This document shows positions 51,128 to 60,700 of a DNA stretch of 64,000 nucleotides, one piece after another (positions within the stretch are counted from its first letter, which is position 1; the number at the start of each line of letters is the position of its first letter). The notes below the pieces were generated by a model. The model ran no database searches. It had not been told where the DNA came from and saw nothing but the letters and a program-made list of their open reading frames with translations. Source of the DNA: Oceanispirochaeta sp. (GTDB lineage: Bacteria > Spirochaetota > Spirochaetia > DSM-2461); assembly GCA_963663385.2 (NCBI GenBank), contig CAXXXD010000002.1, positions 1,536,001 through 1,600,000 on the forward strand, written 5' to 3'. A program made the position numbers and the translations under genes.

Positions 51128-51469
51128 ATGTTTAAAATGGTCTTTTATGTTCCCGAGCCCCAGAAGGAAGAGGTAAAGGAAGCCCTTTTCGCTCTGGGCG
51201 CCGGTACATTGGGAAATTACAGTTCCTGCTGCTGGGAGTGCGAAGGGATGGGGCAGTTCAAACCTCTGAATGGTTCCAAACCCGCAATCGGGACTGAGAA
51301 CTCTCTGGAGAGGGTTAAAGAATTTCGTGTGGAAATACTGGTTTCCGAGGATTTGATCTCTTCCTGCATAGATACACTCCTGGCTGCTCACCCCTATGAA
51401 GTTCCGGCCTATGAATTTCACAGGGTGTATTTAAAAGAAACTGACATTGAAGGGGAGCACTGGCTCTAA
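51128..51469 (+). CDS. Stand-alone NIF3/YqfO PII-like domain protein
   Basis: FYVP, GAGTLGNYSSC, GQFKP, AHPYEVPAY. Confidence 0.9.
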   Translation: MFKMVFYVPEPQKEEVKEALFALGAGTLGNYSSCCWECEGMGQFKPLNGSKPAIGTENSLERVKEFRVEILVSEDLISSCIDTLLAAHPYEVPAYEFHRVYLKETDIEGEHWL

Positions 51470-51489
51470 GCCCGGTAGTCTTTCCTGTT

Positions 51490-52218
51490 TCAGATAATCC
51501 CTCTGGCTGCTTCAATCAGGGACAAACCCATATGGCAGGCTGTTTCCGTTCTGAGAACCCGGCTGCCCATGGAACAGACAGAAAAACCTTTATCCCTCAG
51601 CATCAGTCTCTCCCGGTCACTCCAGCCTCTTTCCGGGCCAATGGCCAGGCAGCATTTTTCCCCTGACGGTCTGTAATCCTTCAGGGGAAGGTCGGGTGAT
51701 ACATTATCCAGAGCCAGTCTGTCCCACTTCCCGTTCAGGGAGTTTATCGTCTCGATGGCTCTATACAGGGAGTAGAATTTCATTACTTCCGGTTCCATGG
51801 TTGCCTTACCCTGGGATATCCCTTCCAGAACAGCCTTTTTGTACTCTTCCTTAACCCATAAACTGCTGGTCAGGTAGGATTTTTCTCCCAGGTCGGTTCC
51901 GCAGAAGATAATTCGTTCAATACCGGCTGTAGAGAGATCTTTCAGCAGCCTTCTTGCTGTGGGAGGGCGAGGAGCCCCGACCAGCAGGGTGATGGGGTAG
52001 AGCGGGGCAGGTCCGATTCCCGCCTGAAAACTAAACCGCATAGAGCCGTCCTCGGAGATCTCTTCTATTACGGCTGTTCCCATAGGCCCTCCTATGACGC
52101 CGGCTTCCAGATTATCCTTCTCGGAGGCCTTTAAAATCTTTTTTATATGGATGACCCGTTTGTCACTGGGCGGGAGAGGTCTTGTCCATTCGCCGTCCCG
52201 GAAAAGAAGTAAATTCAT
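51490..52218 (-). CDS. rsmE: 16S rRNA m3U1498 methyltransferase RsmE
   Basis: IGPERGWS, MGSRVLRTETA. Confidence 0.92.
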   Translation of the reverse strand: MNLLLFRDGEWTRPLPPSDKRVIHIKKILKASEKDNLEAGVIGGPMGTAVIEEISEDGSMRFSFQAGIGPAPLYPITLLVGAPRPPTARRLLKDLSTAGIERIIFCGTDLGEKSYLTSSLWVKEEYKKAVLEGISQGKATMEPEVMKFYSLYRAIETINSLNGKWDRLALDNVSPDLPLKDYRPSGEKCCLAIGPERGWSDRERLMLRDKGFSVCSMGSRVLRTETACHMGLSLIEAARGII

Positions 52219-52329
52219 GCTCCGCAGTATATACTTAAGAGCATGTTTTGTAAATTTGGGGATATTTCATCAACAGGGCTTTGATTTTCCGGGGAAATAT
52301 GAGATAGTCCCCTCTGTTAACAGGAGTTA

Positions 52330-52647
52330 TTGAAAAACATGGAACCATTAAAAGGCTTTCAGAGAAGCTATCTGACTAAAAAAGCTCATAACCTCAAGCC
52401 AGTAGTAATGATTGGCGGAAACGGCCTTAGCGAAGCTGTTATTGCCGCTGCCGATCAGGAACTCGAAAATCATGAGATGATTAAAGTGAAATTCGTAGAC
52501 AACAAGGAAGACAGGAAAGAGATTTCTGTCGAACTGGCTGAAAAAACCAATGCCCACCTTGTCCGGGTTATCGGTAATATTGCTATTTTATACCGTTATC
52601 AGGAAGATCACGATAAGCGGATCTATCACGTTCCCAAGTCCCGCTGA
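52330..52647 (+). CDS. yhbY: Ribosome assembly RNA-binding protein YhbY
   Basis: AHNLKPVVMIGGNGL, HEMIKVK, IGNIAILYR. Confidence 0.95.
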   Translation: MKNMEPLKGFQRSYLTKKAHNLKPVVMIGGNGLSEAVIAAADQELENHEMIKVKFVDNKEDRKEISVELAEKTNAHLVRVIGNIAILYRYQEDHDKRIYHVPKSR

Positions 52648-52649
52648 AT

Positions 52650-53135
52650 CTACTGTTTCTCGTACTGCTGCACTTCTTCGAACCGGTATTCCAGGTCTAT
52701 GCCGACTGCGGCAAACATGGCTTCCGATTCAGCACCGGCATGATATTTGCGTTCGCAGACAACCCGTGAGATCCCGCAGCTGATTATCAGCATGGCGCAG
52801 GTACGGCAGGGTGTCATACGGCAGTACAGGGTGGCTCCTTCCAGAGCAATCCCCCTTCTGGCAGCCTGACAGATGGCATTCTGCTCCGCATGAACAGTCC
52901 TGACACAGTGCTCGCTTTTATGACCGTCCTCATGGATCGTTGTTTTGAACTGATGCCCCACCTGATCGCAGTGAGGAAGACCGGGAGGAGAGCCGACATA
53001 CCCTGTTGCCAGAATCTGTTTATCCCTTGCGATAACGCAGCCGCTGCGTCCCCGGTCGCAGGTTGCCCTTTTGGAAATGGCATCGCAAACTTCCATAAAG
53101 TATTCATCCCAGCTGGGGCGGATATATTCTCCCAT
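52650..53135 (-). CDS. dCMP deaminase (ComEB family)
   Basis: RPSWDEYFM, HAEQNAI, PCRTC. Confidence 0.93.
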   Translation of the reverse strand: MGEYIRPSWDEYFMEVCDAISKRATCDRGRSGCVIARDKQILATGYVGSPPGLPHCDQVGHQFKTTIHEDGHKSEHCVRTVHAEQNAICQAARRGIALEGATLYCRMTPCRTCAMLIISCGISRVVCERKYHAGAESEAMFAAVGIDLEYRFEEVQQYEKQ

Positions 53136-53267
53136 GAAGTCCCTCCTCAAGATTAGCTGATTACATTATAGTGACTATTCCGGCATGGTCAAAGGGATTT
53201 AGGAAAATCCCTCCTTTTCATATGAGAGCTGGCAGAGTAAAATATAAGTACAGACAGGAGCAATTAT

Positions 53268-53633
53268 ATGAACAGCAATGACTTTAACAGAAGCTGCAAA
53301 CAGCTGAGGAAAAAATATAAATATGAATGTACCGATGAATTCATGAATGATCTGCAGGAGCTTTTTGTCAAAGCCCTGGGACAGCCTGAAGATTTCTCCA
53401 TGGAACTGATGGAGTACTGCTGTCCCGGGAATCAGCTGGAAGAAAGGCATTTTGATAAACTGGCGGATATGGTCGATCTGTTCCAGATGGATTATGACGA
53501 GAGCTTTGACCGACTTGAACAGGAGGACTGGGCCTATCTGAAAGAACTGGTAAACTCCTGGGCCATGGATATGGACATGGATATTGTAACATATATTATG
53601 CAGCTGGTTGTTGATGCAGGGGTGTTTCACTGA
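53268..53633 (+). CDS. Acidic hypothetical protein
   Basis: 121-aa ORF with RBS AGGAG; no family recognised. Confidence 0.75.
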   Translation: MNSNDFNRSCKQLRKKYKYECTDEFMNDLQELFVKALGQPEDFSMELMEYCCPGNQLEERHFDKLADMVDLFQMDYDESFDRLEQEDWAYLKELVNSWAMDMDMDIVTYIMQLVVDAGVFH

Positions 53634-53676
53634 AGCCCCTTTACAGGAGGTACGTCCCCCTTATGTCTGGAGCCCT

Positions 53677-54300
53677 CTAGTTCATTAATTCGAAAAAGCC
53701 GGCTTCCTTGTCATAACTGAAGATTTCTCCCGTCTCGATTATATAGTACCAGCCCTGAATCCTCAATTTACCCTCCTGATACCGCCGGGCGATATAGGGA
53801 TAGGTTAGGAGATGCTTCATCTGTTCCACAACATTGGTCTGTTCCGTTAACCACTCCCGGGCAGCCGGATCATCTTCGGGCAGCCTTTCTTCCACCTGCT
53901 GTTTTACAGGTTCGGCGAGTTCGAGCCATTTATGGGTATGGGGGAGACTTTCAAAACCTCCCTTCTCCTTGTATAGCGCGGCGCACCCTCCGCAGTTGCT
54001 GTGGCCGCAAATGATGATATTTTCCACTTCCAGAACCTGAACAGCGTATTCGATGGCGGATGTCGTAGACAGGTACTCGTCGGCCAGACGGTACTTTGGA
54101 ACCAGATTGGCTATGTTCCGGATAATAAACAGTTCCCCGGGGAGGGTTTTTGTAATCAGACTCGGCACTATCCGGGAATCGGAACAGCCTATGAAAAGGG
54201 TATGAGGCTTCTGCTGCCTTCCAAGAGATGTAAACAGTTCCTTATGCTCCTCATAATCCCTGCTTCTGAATTCAACAACACCATTTATCAGTTTTTCCAT
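53677..54300 (-). CDS. can: Beta-class carbonic anhydrase
   Basis: CSDSR, GELFIIRNIAN, CGHSNCGG. Confidence 0.95.
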   Translation of the reverse strand: MEKLINGVVEFRSRDYEEHKELFTSLGRQQKPHTLFIGCSDSRIVPSLITKTLPGELFIIRNIANLVPKYRLADEYLSTTSAIEYAVQVLEVENIIICGHSNCGGCAALYKEKGGFESLPHTHKWLELAEPVKQQVEERLPEDDPAAREWLTEQTNVVEQMKHLLTYPYIARRYQEGKLRIQGWYYIIETGEIFSYDKEAGFFELMN

Positions 54301-54460
54301 ATTCCAAGTATATCAGATCTTTTTACCCGGCTTCCAGACTCATTCCAATGATCCGGATCTATAAGAAATTTATAAATATTATAAAAATAGTAATATAATG
54401 AAACATTTCTGCTATTTATGAGTTATTTTATATATAGGACTTACAATACAGGAGGTCCAT

Positions 54461-55549
54461 ATGAAAAAACTATTCATTGTTTTATTTACCAATCTGGTAC
54501 TTCTGCTTTCGGCTGCCGGGCAGGAGGATCAGTCAGGATTGACAGAAGATAAGAGGAATCTGGAGGAAATCATCATGGATAAATCTTTGGAAGTAGCTAC
54601 TTTTGCAGGAGGGTGTTTCTGGTGTACCGAGAGTGATTTTGAAACTGTTCCGGGAGTTGTCGAAGTGGTTTCAGGATATACAGGGGGCCGTACGGAAAAT
54701 CCTACCTATGAACAGGTCTCCTCCGGCTCCACAGGCCATCTGGAAGCGGTTCAGATATATTTTGATCCGGATACGGTCAGCTATAAACAGCTTGTGGAGA
54801 AATTCTGGCGCATTTTTGATCCTACCGACGGGGGTGGTTCCTTTGTGGATCGCGGCTCCCAGTATACAAGTGCCATATTCTATCATTCCATGAAACAGAA
54901 GCGGATTGCCGAGGCTTCCAGAATGGAGCTGGACAGGTCCGGCGTATTTGATAAACCGGTGGTTACACCGATAAGGGAATTTGAAAAATTCTATCCTGCA
55001 GAGGATTATCATCAGAATTTCTGTACCGTAAATCCGGGTCGGTATAAAATTTACCGGGATAATTCCGGACGGGATCACTTTCTGAATGAGGTTTGGGGTA
55101 TGGAAAAAAAAGTATATGAGAAGCCTTCCGATGAGGAAATCCGTTCCAGGCTGACGGATCTGCAGTATAATGTTACCCAGCACGAAGATACGGAACGGCC
55201 TTTTCAGAATGAGTACTGGGATAATGAAGAAGAGGGTATCTATGTAGATGTGGTAACAGGGGAGCCCTTATTCAGTTCTACCCACAAGTATAAATCCGGG
55301 TCGGGATGGCCCAGCTTTACACGGCCCCTGGTTGAAGAGCATGTTACGGAAAAAACGGATAACTCCCAGGGTATGGCCAGAACAGAGGTGAGGAGCTTTT
55401 TCGGAGACAGCCACCTGGGACATGTTTTCAATGACGGACCCGCTGCCAACGGACTCAGATACTGTATTAACTCAGCATCACTTCGTTTTGTCCCTGTAGA
55501 GGAAATGCAGGAAGAGGGGTACGGCGAGTTCCTTTACCTGTTTGAGTAA
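54461..55549 (+). CDS. msrAB: Bifunctional methionine sulfoxide reductase MsrA-MsrB with a signal peptide
   Basis: [33 protein letters not shown]. Confidence 0.96.
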   Translation: MKKLFIVLFTNLVLLLSAAGQEDQSGLTEDKRNLEEIIMDKSLEVATFAGGCFWCTESDFETVPGVVEVVSGYTGGRTENPTYEQVSSGSTGHLEAVQIYFDPDTVSYKQLVEKFWRIFDPTDGGGSFVDRGSQYTSAIFYHSMKQKRIAEASRMELDRSGVFDKPVVTPIREFEKFYPAEDYHQNFCTVNPGRYKIYRDNSGRDHFLNEVWGMEKKVYEKPSDEEIRSRLTDLQYNVTQHEDTERPFQNEYWDNEEEGIYVDVVTGEPLFSSTHKYKSGSGWPSFTRPLVEEHVTEKTDNSQGMARTEVRSFFGDSHLGHVFNDGPAANGLRYCINSASLRFVPVEEMQEEGYGEFLYLFE

Positions 55550-55563
55550 AACGACTCTAAAAT

Positions 55564-55591
55564 AAGAGGTGTCTAACTTGAGGCACCTTTT
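55564..55591 (+). terminator. Intrinsic terminator after msrAB
   Basis: AGAGGTGTCT-N6-AGGCACCTTTT stem with G-U pairs. Confidence 0.65.
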
Positions 55592-55629
55592 CAGCATTTA
55601 TTATTTTTATTTAATATCCTAAAATAAAT

Positions 55630-55656
55630 CCAACCTTTTTTTTATTTGTTCGAATA
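55630..55656 (+). promoter_or_regulatory. ECF-type autoregulatory promoter candidate
   Basis: CCAAC-N16-CGAATA ending 10 nt before the ECF sigma ATG. Confidence 0.55.
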
Positions 55657-55666
55657 ATAAGAGTAT

Positions 55667-56218
55667 ATGGATAAAATCAGGAAGAAATTCCTTGCCTGGC
55701 AAAAGGATAAGGACCCGGAACGGAAAAATGAACTCCTGTGTGATATCTGGGAGTTTTATCATCCCAGGCTGCAGGTCTATGTATCCAACTTTTCGGAAAA
55801 TACCGTAGAGGTCCGCGATTTTGTCTCAGAAATTCTTCTTCATGTTTTTGAATCAATCCATCTTTATAATGGTCATCATGCCTTTTCCACCTGGATTTAC
55901 ACCCTGGCCCGAAACCGGATGATTGATCAATTCCGGAAAAAAAAGATAGTTTGCGGAAGTCTGGAAGATGTCGAACCCTGTGATTACTGTACTCCGGAAA
56001 ACCTTCTGATAAGGAAAAACGAACAGGGGAAAGTAAAGGATGCCGTAAGCAGGCTCTCAAGGGGAGATCGGGAGCTGATCTACCTGCACTTTTATGAAGG
56101 TTTGAAATATGAGGAAATTTCCGGGATTACAGGGACACCTGTCGGTACGATTAAGTACCGTATGTCTGAATCAAGAAAAAGTTTAAAAAAAGATTTGGAA
56201 AGGAGTCTGTTTCAATGA
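55667..56218 (+). CDS. ECF sigma factor
   Basis: FSTWIYTLARNRMIDQFR (region 2); YEEISGITGTPVGTIKYR (region 4). Confidence 0.95.
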   Translation: MDKIRKKFLAWQKDKDPERKNELLCDIWEFYHPRLQVYVSNFSENTVEVRDFVSEILLHVFESIHLYNGHHAFSTWIYTLARNRMIDQFRKKKIVCGSLEDVEPCDYCTPENLLIRKNEQGKVKDAVSRLSRGDRELIYLHFYEGLKYEEISGITGTPVGTIKYRMSESRKSLKKDLERSLFQ

Positions 56219-56517
56219 ATCCAAGCATTCGAAAAGCGGTTAAAAACTATTATGGAAATGAAGTTTTTTCCATGAGTATTCCTCCTCTTCCCGTCGGGTT
56301 AACAGGCACAAATAGAAAAGCTAAGACCGGAAGGGATTCCCTGCTGCTGGCCGCCATACTTTTTTCCAGCCTGATAGGGATATCAATTCCGCAAATATAT
56401 GAATCTCCCATTCGGAAGATCTATATTCCAATAAGTACAATTGAAGCATTTAAAGAGGACGTTCCCCGTGTCTTTTTTGAAGCTTCCCTGAAATATAAGG
56501 AATGGAAAGGAGTATAA
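56215..56517 (+). CDS. Small single-TM protein, putative anti-sigma factor
   Basis: ATGA overlap with the ECF gene; one central TM helix. Confidence 0.65.
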   Translation: MNPSIRKAVKNYYGNEVFSMSIPPLPVGLTGTNRKAKTGRDSLLLAAILFSSLIGISIPQIYESPIRKIYIPISTIEAFKEDVPRVFFEASLKYKEWKGV

Positions 56518-56518
56518 A

Positions 56519-56971
56519 ATGACTAAATTGAAATTTTTTCTTAATCTTGTTTTTATAGCGGTAATGTTCGTTCTTTCTGTTGTATTTACCGGCAACAGTC
56601 CCGCTTTGTTTGTAGATGTGGCTTCCCTGATTCTGGGTATTCTGCTTCCGTATATTATTATCTCTTTTATCTACTCGCCCTCGGAACAGTCAGCCTTGCT
56701 GGGCGTGGTTCTCGGGGGCGGGGAGCAGCAGGATGAAGGGCTGTTGAAGAAGGCACTGGTTTACTTGAAATGCTTTAAAAAACTTTTAATTTACAGCGGA
56801 ATCGTCTGGACTATTATGGGGGCTATAGGTATTGGAGCTCATCTGGAAGGCCCGGAGGTCCTGGGATTGAACTTCGGAGTCCTGATGATCATTCCCCTCT
56901 ATATCGCTCTGTTTCTTTTTATGGTTATCGAACCTCTAAGAGGGACCGCCGAGAAGAAGCTCCACTCATAA
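56519..56971 (+). CDS. Short 4-TM MotA/TolQ/ExbB-like membrane protein
   Basis: GNSPALFVDVASLI and GIVWTIMGAIGIGAHLEGPEVLGLN...LY align with the TM segments of this window's MotA. Confidence 0.75.
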   Translation: MTKLKFFLNLVFIAVMFVLSVVFTGNSPALFVDVASLILGILLPYIIISFIYSPSEQSALLGVVLGGGEQQDEGLLKKALVYLKCFKKLLIYSGIVWTIMGAIGIGAHLEGPEVLGLNFGVLMIIPLYIALFLFMVIEPLRGTAEKKLHS

Positions 56972-57088
56972 CGGAACTGCCATATCTGAAAAAAATAGGC
57001 TGATATTTGCAGATTCCTGTCTTTCGGGAGCCGGGGTGTCATTTCCTGCAGGGGTTCAGTGAAAAGAATATTTTAATACTGCGGATTA

Positions 57089-58228
57089 CTATATCTGCTG
57101 CAGGAAATCCTGGATAAAGTAGAGGGATGCTCCCACTGAAACGGCATCTTTAGGATATTTGCTTAACTGAATAAAATTCCCCTTGTCAGGGAATACGGAT
57201 ACGGAGTTAGTCAGCTCTATAAGTTTATCCATATCTTCATCAATCAGGTAATAGGAGAGTTTTCCGCCTAAAATAATCTTTCTGTCCAGGATCTGATGAA
57301 AATTATCCAGTGCGACAGCCAGAGTTTTCAGATAATCATCCCAACGGGTCATATGTTCAGGGGAACCATCTCTGAGGGCTTTAAAAAAGTCATCCGTCCG
57401 CTCATCAGCCAACAGCAGGGCACTGATGGAACAATAACTTTCAATGCAGCCCTTTTTTCCGCAGTAACAGTCTCTTCCGTCCGGTACCAGCTGCATATGT
57501 TCAACCGCCCCGCAGTGACCGTTTTCTCCCATCTGAATCTGTCCGTTAATGATCGAGACACCTCCAAGGTATCTTTCCATGGAGAGGTAGAGGGCGTCTG
57601 TTATCTCTTCATTGAACCATATTTCCGTATTGGCTGCACATTTGGCATCATGGAAAAACGAGCAGGGGTAGTTCAGATATCGGGAGAATACAGTAATATC
57701 CAATCCAGTGTATCCGAAGGTCTTTCCAAAAATTATCTTATTTCCGTCCACAGAAGTCAGTCCGGACATGGCAAATCCGATTCCCAGGAGCTGGTCTGTC
57801 AAATAGTTTTTCTCCAGGATAAAATCCTTGATCAGATAGGCAACATCTCTATAGTAGTTCTCAGAATTTTCAAAAGTCTTTTCTATGCTTTCAGAAAAGC
57901 AGACATCCCCTTTCAGATCTGTACTTAGAATGACGATTTTTTTCCTGTAAACTCCTACGCCAATCGATATCCTGGCTCTGGGGCAGATTGAATAAGCAGC
58001 TGCTCTCCTGCCGACGGAGGATTCAAAATGCCCGTTTTTGGAAATTAATCCCTGCTTTTCCAGTTGTACCAGCTTTTGTGATACAGTAGGTAAGCTCAGG
58101 TTGAGCCGGGTGGCAATCTCCTGTTTGGATATTTTCCCTGTGTTATAGATCAGGTTAAATATCAGGGAGAGATTATTCTTTTTTATATCCGACACGGTAA
58201 TATTTTTAAGCATAAATAGCATCCTCAT
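57089..58228 (-). CDS. ROK-family transcriptional regulator
   Basis: N-terminal HTH (SKQEIA..LNLSLPTV, GRRA); HDAKCAA, EH, CYCGKKGCIE. Confidence 0.93.
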   Translation of the reverse strand: MRMLFMLKNITVSDIKKNNLSLIFNLIYNTGKISKQEIATRLNLSLPTVSQKLVQLEKQGLISKNGHFESSVGRRAAAYSICPRARISIGVGVYRKKIVILSTDLKGDVCFSESIEKTFENSENYYRDVAYLIKDFILEKNYLTDQLLGIGFAMSGLTSVDGNKIIFGKTFGYTGLDITVFSRYLNYPCSFFHDAKCAANTEIWFNEEITDALYLSMERYLGGVSIINGQIQMGENGHCGAVEHMQLVPDGRDCYCGKKGCIESYCSISALLLADERTDDFFKALRDGSPEHMTRWDDYLKTLAVALDNFHQILDRKIILGGKLSYYLIDEDMDKLIELTNSVSVFPDKGNFIQLSKYPKDAVSVGASLYFIQDFLQQI

Positions 58229-58516
58229 TAGAATCAGGAGAAAAGTGCGATTGAGTTGTGCTTGTTGCTCTATTATTACTTATCATATTTCAAATTCCAA
58301 TTTTACCAACCGGTTATCCTTTAGCTGGAATAGTATAAAATCCGCTGATCAGTTCTTTTAATAAGAACTTTTACTGATAGAAAATACCATAAAAAAAAGA
58401 AAAATTAAAGCTGTGTTCTATCAGAAAATATTCATTCGGTTGTTTGCCGCAGGCAATGATACTCTACCGTCGGCAATACACAAGCGGTAGAGATTTTTCG
58501 ATATCCGGAATACAGC

Positions 58517-59293
58517 CTAGAAGCAGGTAAATGCTCCATCTATAATAAAATCCGAACCGGTTGTAAAAGTACTTGTATCTCCGGCCAGGTAAACGGCAAT
58601 CGACTGCAGCTCTTCAGGATTACCCATTCGGCCCATGGGAGCCATAGCATTCCACTTTTCAATAAAGGGTTTAAGATCGGGAGATTCCATGGTGAGCTCG
58701 GTAGCAATATAGCCGGGGCTGATGGAATTGACACGGACACCCCGTTTGGCGAACTCTATTGCCATGGATTTGGTAAGCTGAATGACTGCTGCTTTTGAAG
58801 CGTTGTAGGAACATTGCGGCTGGGGGACATTTACAATATGGGCAGACATGGACGCCGTATTGATAATAGAGCCGTACCCCTGTTTCAGCATCTGTCTGGC
58901 GGCAGCCTGGGCTGTCAGAAAAACACCGGTCAGGTTGATGTCAATAACCTTCTGCCATTGATCAACAGTCATCTCCTCGCAGGGGATATTCATACAGATT
59001 CCGGCATTGCAGAAGGCGGCATCCAGTTTGCCGAATGCACTGATGATAGTTTCCATCATACTGTCAACTTCGTCCTGCTTTGTTGCATCCGCTTTGATGG
59101 CTATGGATTTAACACCCAGCTTTTCCGCTATTTCAGCGGCAGTTCTTTCTGCCTCCACAATATCAATATCAACTATTGCAACATTACTACCTGCTTCGGC
59201 CAGGGCGATCGCAATTTGCTTTCCTATACCCCTTGCTCCGCCTGTGATAAAAGAGGCTTTTCCGTTAAGACGCATTTTTTCAATAATTCCCAT
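58517..59293 (-). CDS. SDR oxidoreductase, polyol/ketose reductase type
   Basis: TGGARGIG, NAG, ASMSAHIVNVPQPQCSYNASK, SPGYIAT. Confidence 0.92.
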   Translation of the reverse strand: MGIIEKMRLNGKASFITGGARGIGKQIAIALAEAGSNVAIVDIDIVEAERTAAEIAEKLGVKSIAIKADATKQDEVDSMMETIISAFGKLDAAFCNAGICMNIPCEEMTVDQWQKVIDINLTGVFLTAQAAARQMLKQGYGSIINTASMSAHIVNVPQPQCSYNASKAAVIQLTKSMAIEFAKRGVRVNSISPGYIATELTMESPDLKPFIEKWNAMAPMGRMGNPEELQSIAVYLAGDTSTFTTGSDFIIDGAFTCF

Positions 59294-59324
59294 CTATATA
59301 CTCCTACATAAAATTAATAAGATA

Positions 59325-59377
59325 AAATCTATTTACAAAATTATTTATACGATAAGATTGATAGGGCAAATTGTCAA
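59325..59377 (-). promoter_or_regulatory. Sigma70 promoter of the SDR gene with a downstream operator-like motif
   Basis: TTGACA-N17-TATCGT followed by TTTTGTAAATAGATTT. Confidence 0.55.
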
Positions 59378-59519
59378 TAAAAAGTTTTGATAAAAATGGT
59401 AAAGTATAGATTAAGACTGCTTATATTGTTGTATTGTAGATGTTTAAAGTATCTCGGCAGTAGTGTTGTCTATACTGTTTCTTAAGAATTTATCTAAAAT
59501 AAAACTTCAGAAAAAAAAC

Positions 59520-59593
59520 TTGACAGCTGGAAAAAACGGTAATACTATGATTTTGAAAAGTAGATTTAGAAAACGTATTTATCAAATAGATTT
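59520..59593 (+). promoter_or_regulatory. Sigma70 promoter of the sugar ABC operon with two operator-like motifs
   Basis: TTGACA-N17-TACTAT followed by TTTTGAAAAGTAGATTT and TTTATCAAATAGATTT. Confidence 0.6.
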
Positions 59594-59639
59594 GTATATG
59601 TTTCTATCTCTTTATCAAAAAATATTCGGAGGAATTAAG

Positions 59640-60602
59640 ATGAAAAAAGTAATTACTTTATTACTTGCAGTCGCAATCAGTTTCGGTGCTTTCGCCAATG
59701 GTCAGCAGGATTCTGGTGTATTAAAAGTTGGAATTACTATCCAGTCTCTTGAGAACAGCTACTGGGCCGGTGTATTTGGTGAAGTTGAAAAGGAAATGAA
59801 AGCCAAGGGATGGGAATACACAATCCTGAGCTGTAAAGACAGTTCTGCTACACAGATTCAGCAGATTGAAAACTTTATTACCAACCAGGTTGATCTGATC
59901 ATGGTTCATCCTTCCGATCCTAATGCTCTGGAAGATTACCTGGCCACAGCTCGTGAACAGGGTATCAAAGTAATGTGCTGGGATGACAAAATGAAAAATA
60001 CCGATGTTAACTGGGTTCTGGACAACACCAAACTGGGGTACACAATCGGTACAGCAGCAGCTGAATTCATCAATGAACATTATAGCACCTCCGACAAAGC
60101 TCAGGTTGCCGTTATGAACTATCCCCAGACTCCCATTCTTCTTGAAAGAGAAACAGGTATTCTGAATGCTCTTAAAGAAATGGCTGGTGGTAAATTTGAT
60201 GTTATCGCTCAGCAGCCCGCACTTGATGCCGCTACAGCTCTTTCCAACATGGAATCCATTTTCCAGGCTAACCCCGATACTACTGTTGTATGTTCCATTG
60301 GTGCTGGTGGAGACATCGGTGCAAATGAAGCTTTCATGACAAGATTCGGCGGAAAAGTTCCCGAAAATGTCGGTATCTTCTCTGCTGATGCAACAGAACA
60401 GCAGCTGCAGTCTATTGTTAACGGTGAAGCTTCCAGAGCTTCTGTAGGTTTTGAAGGATCCAACAAGAAAACAGCTCAGGCTGTAGTAGCTCTCTACGAA
60501 AAACTTATGATGGGAGAAACTTTCGCAGATCAGAATATCTACAGAAATCTTATGATTATTGACGCTGAAACCGCTCCAACTTACCTGGCAGACTTTAAAT
60601 AA
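59640..60602 (+). CDS. Monosaccharide/polyol ABC substrate-binding protein (RbsB-like)
   Basis: Signal peptide, LENSYW, QIQQIENFI, DN, ER..G. Confidence 0.92.
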   Translation: MKKVITLLLAVAISFGAFANGQQDSGVLKVGITIQSLENSYWAGVFGEVEKEMKAKGWEYTILSCKDSSATQIQQIENFITNQVDLIMVHPSDPNALEDYLATAREQGIKVMCWDDKMKNTDVNWVLDNTKLGYTIGTAAAEFINEHYSTSDKAQVAVMNYPQTPILLERETGILNALKEMAGGKFDVIAQQPALDAATALSNMESIFQANPDTTVVCSIGAGGDIGANEAFMTRFGGKVPENVGIFSADATEQQLQSIVNGEASRASVGFEGSNKKTAQAVVALYEKLMMGETFADQNIYRNLMIIDAETAPTYLADFK

Positions 60603-60700
60603 GTTTCGGCAGTCTTACGGGGGCCGTTGCAGAAGTGATCTTTGTTTTCAGATTTCATCTTTTGCGACAGCCCCCTTTCAATTCGTATGGAGAGAATACC

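Noticed and set aside
56519..56971. Zorya (ZorA) defence component
   Set aside because: No long cytoplasmic tail, no ZorB with a peptidoglycan-binding domain, no ZorC/D/E nearby
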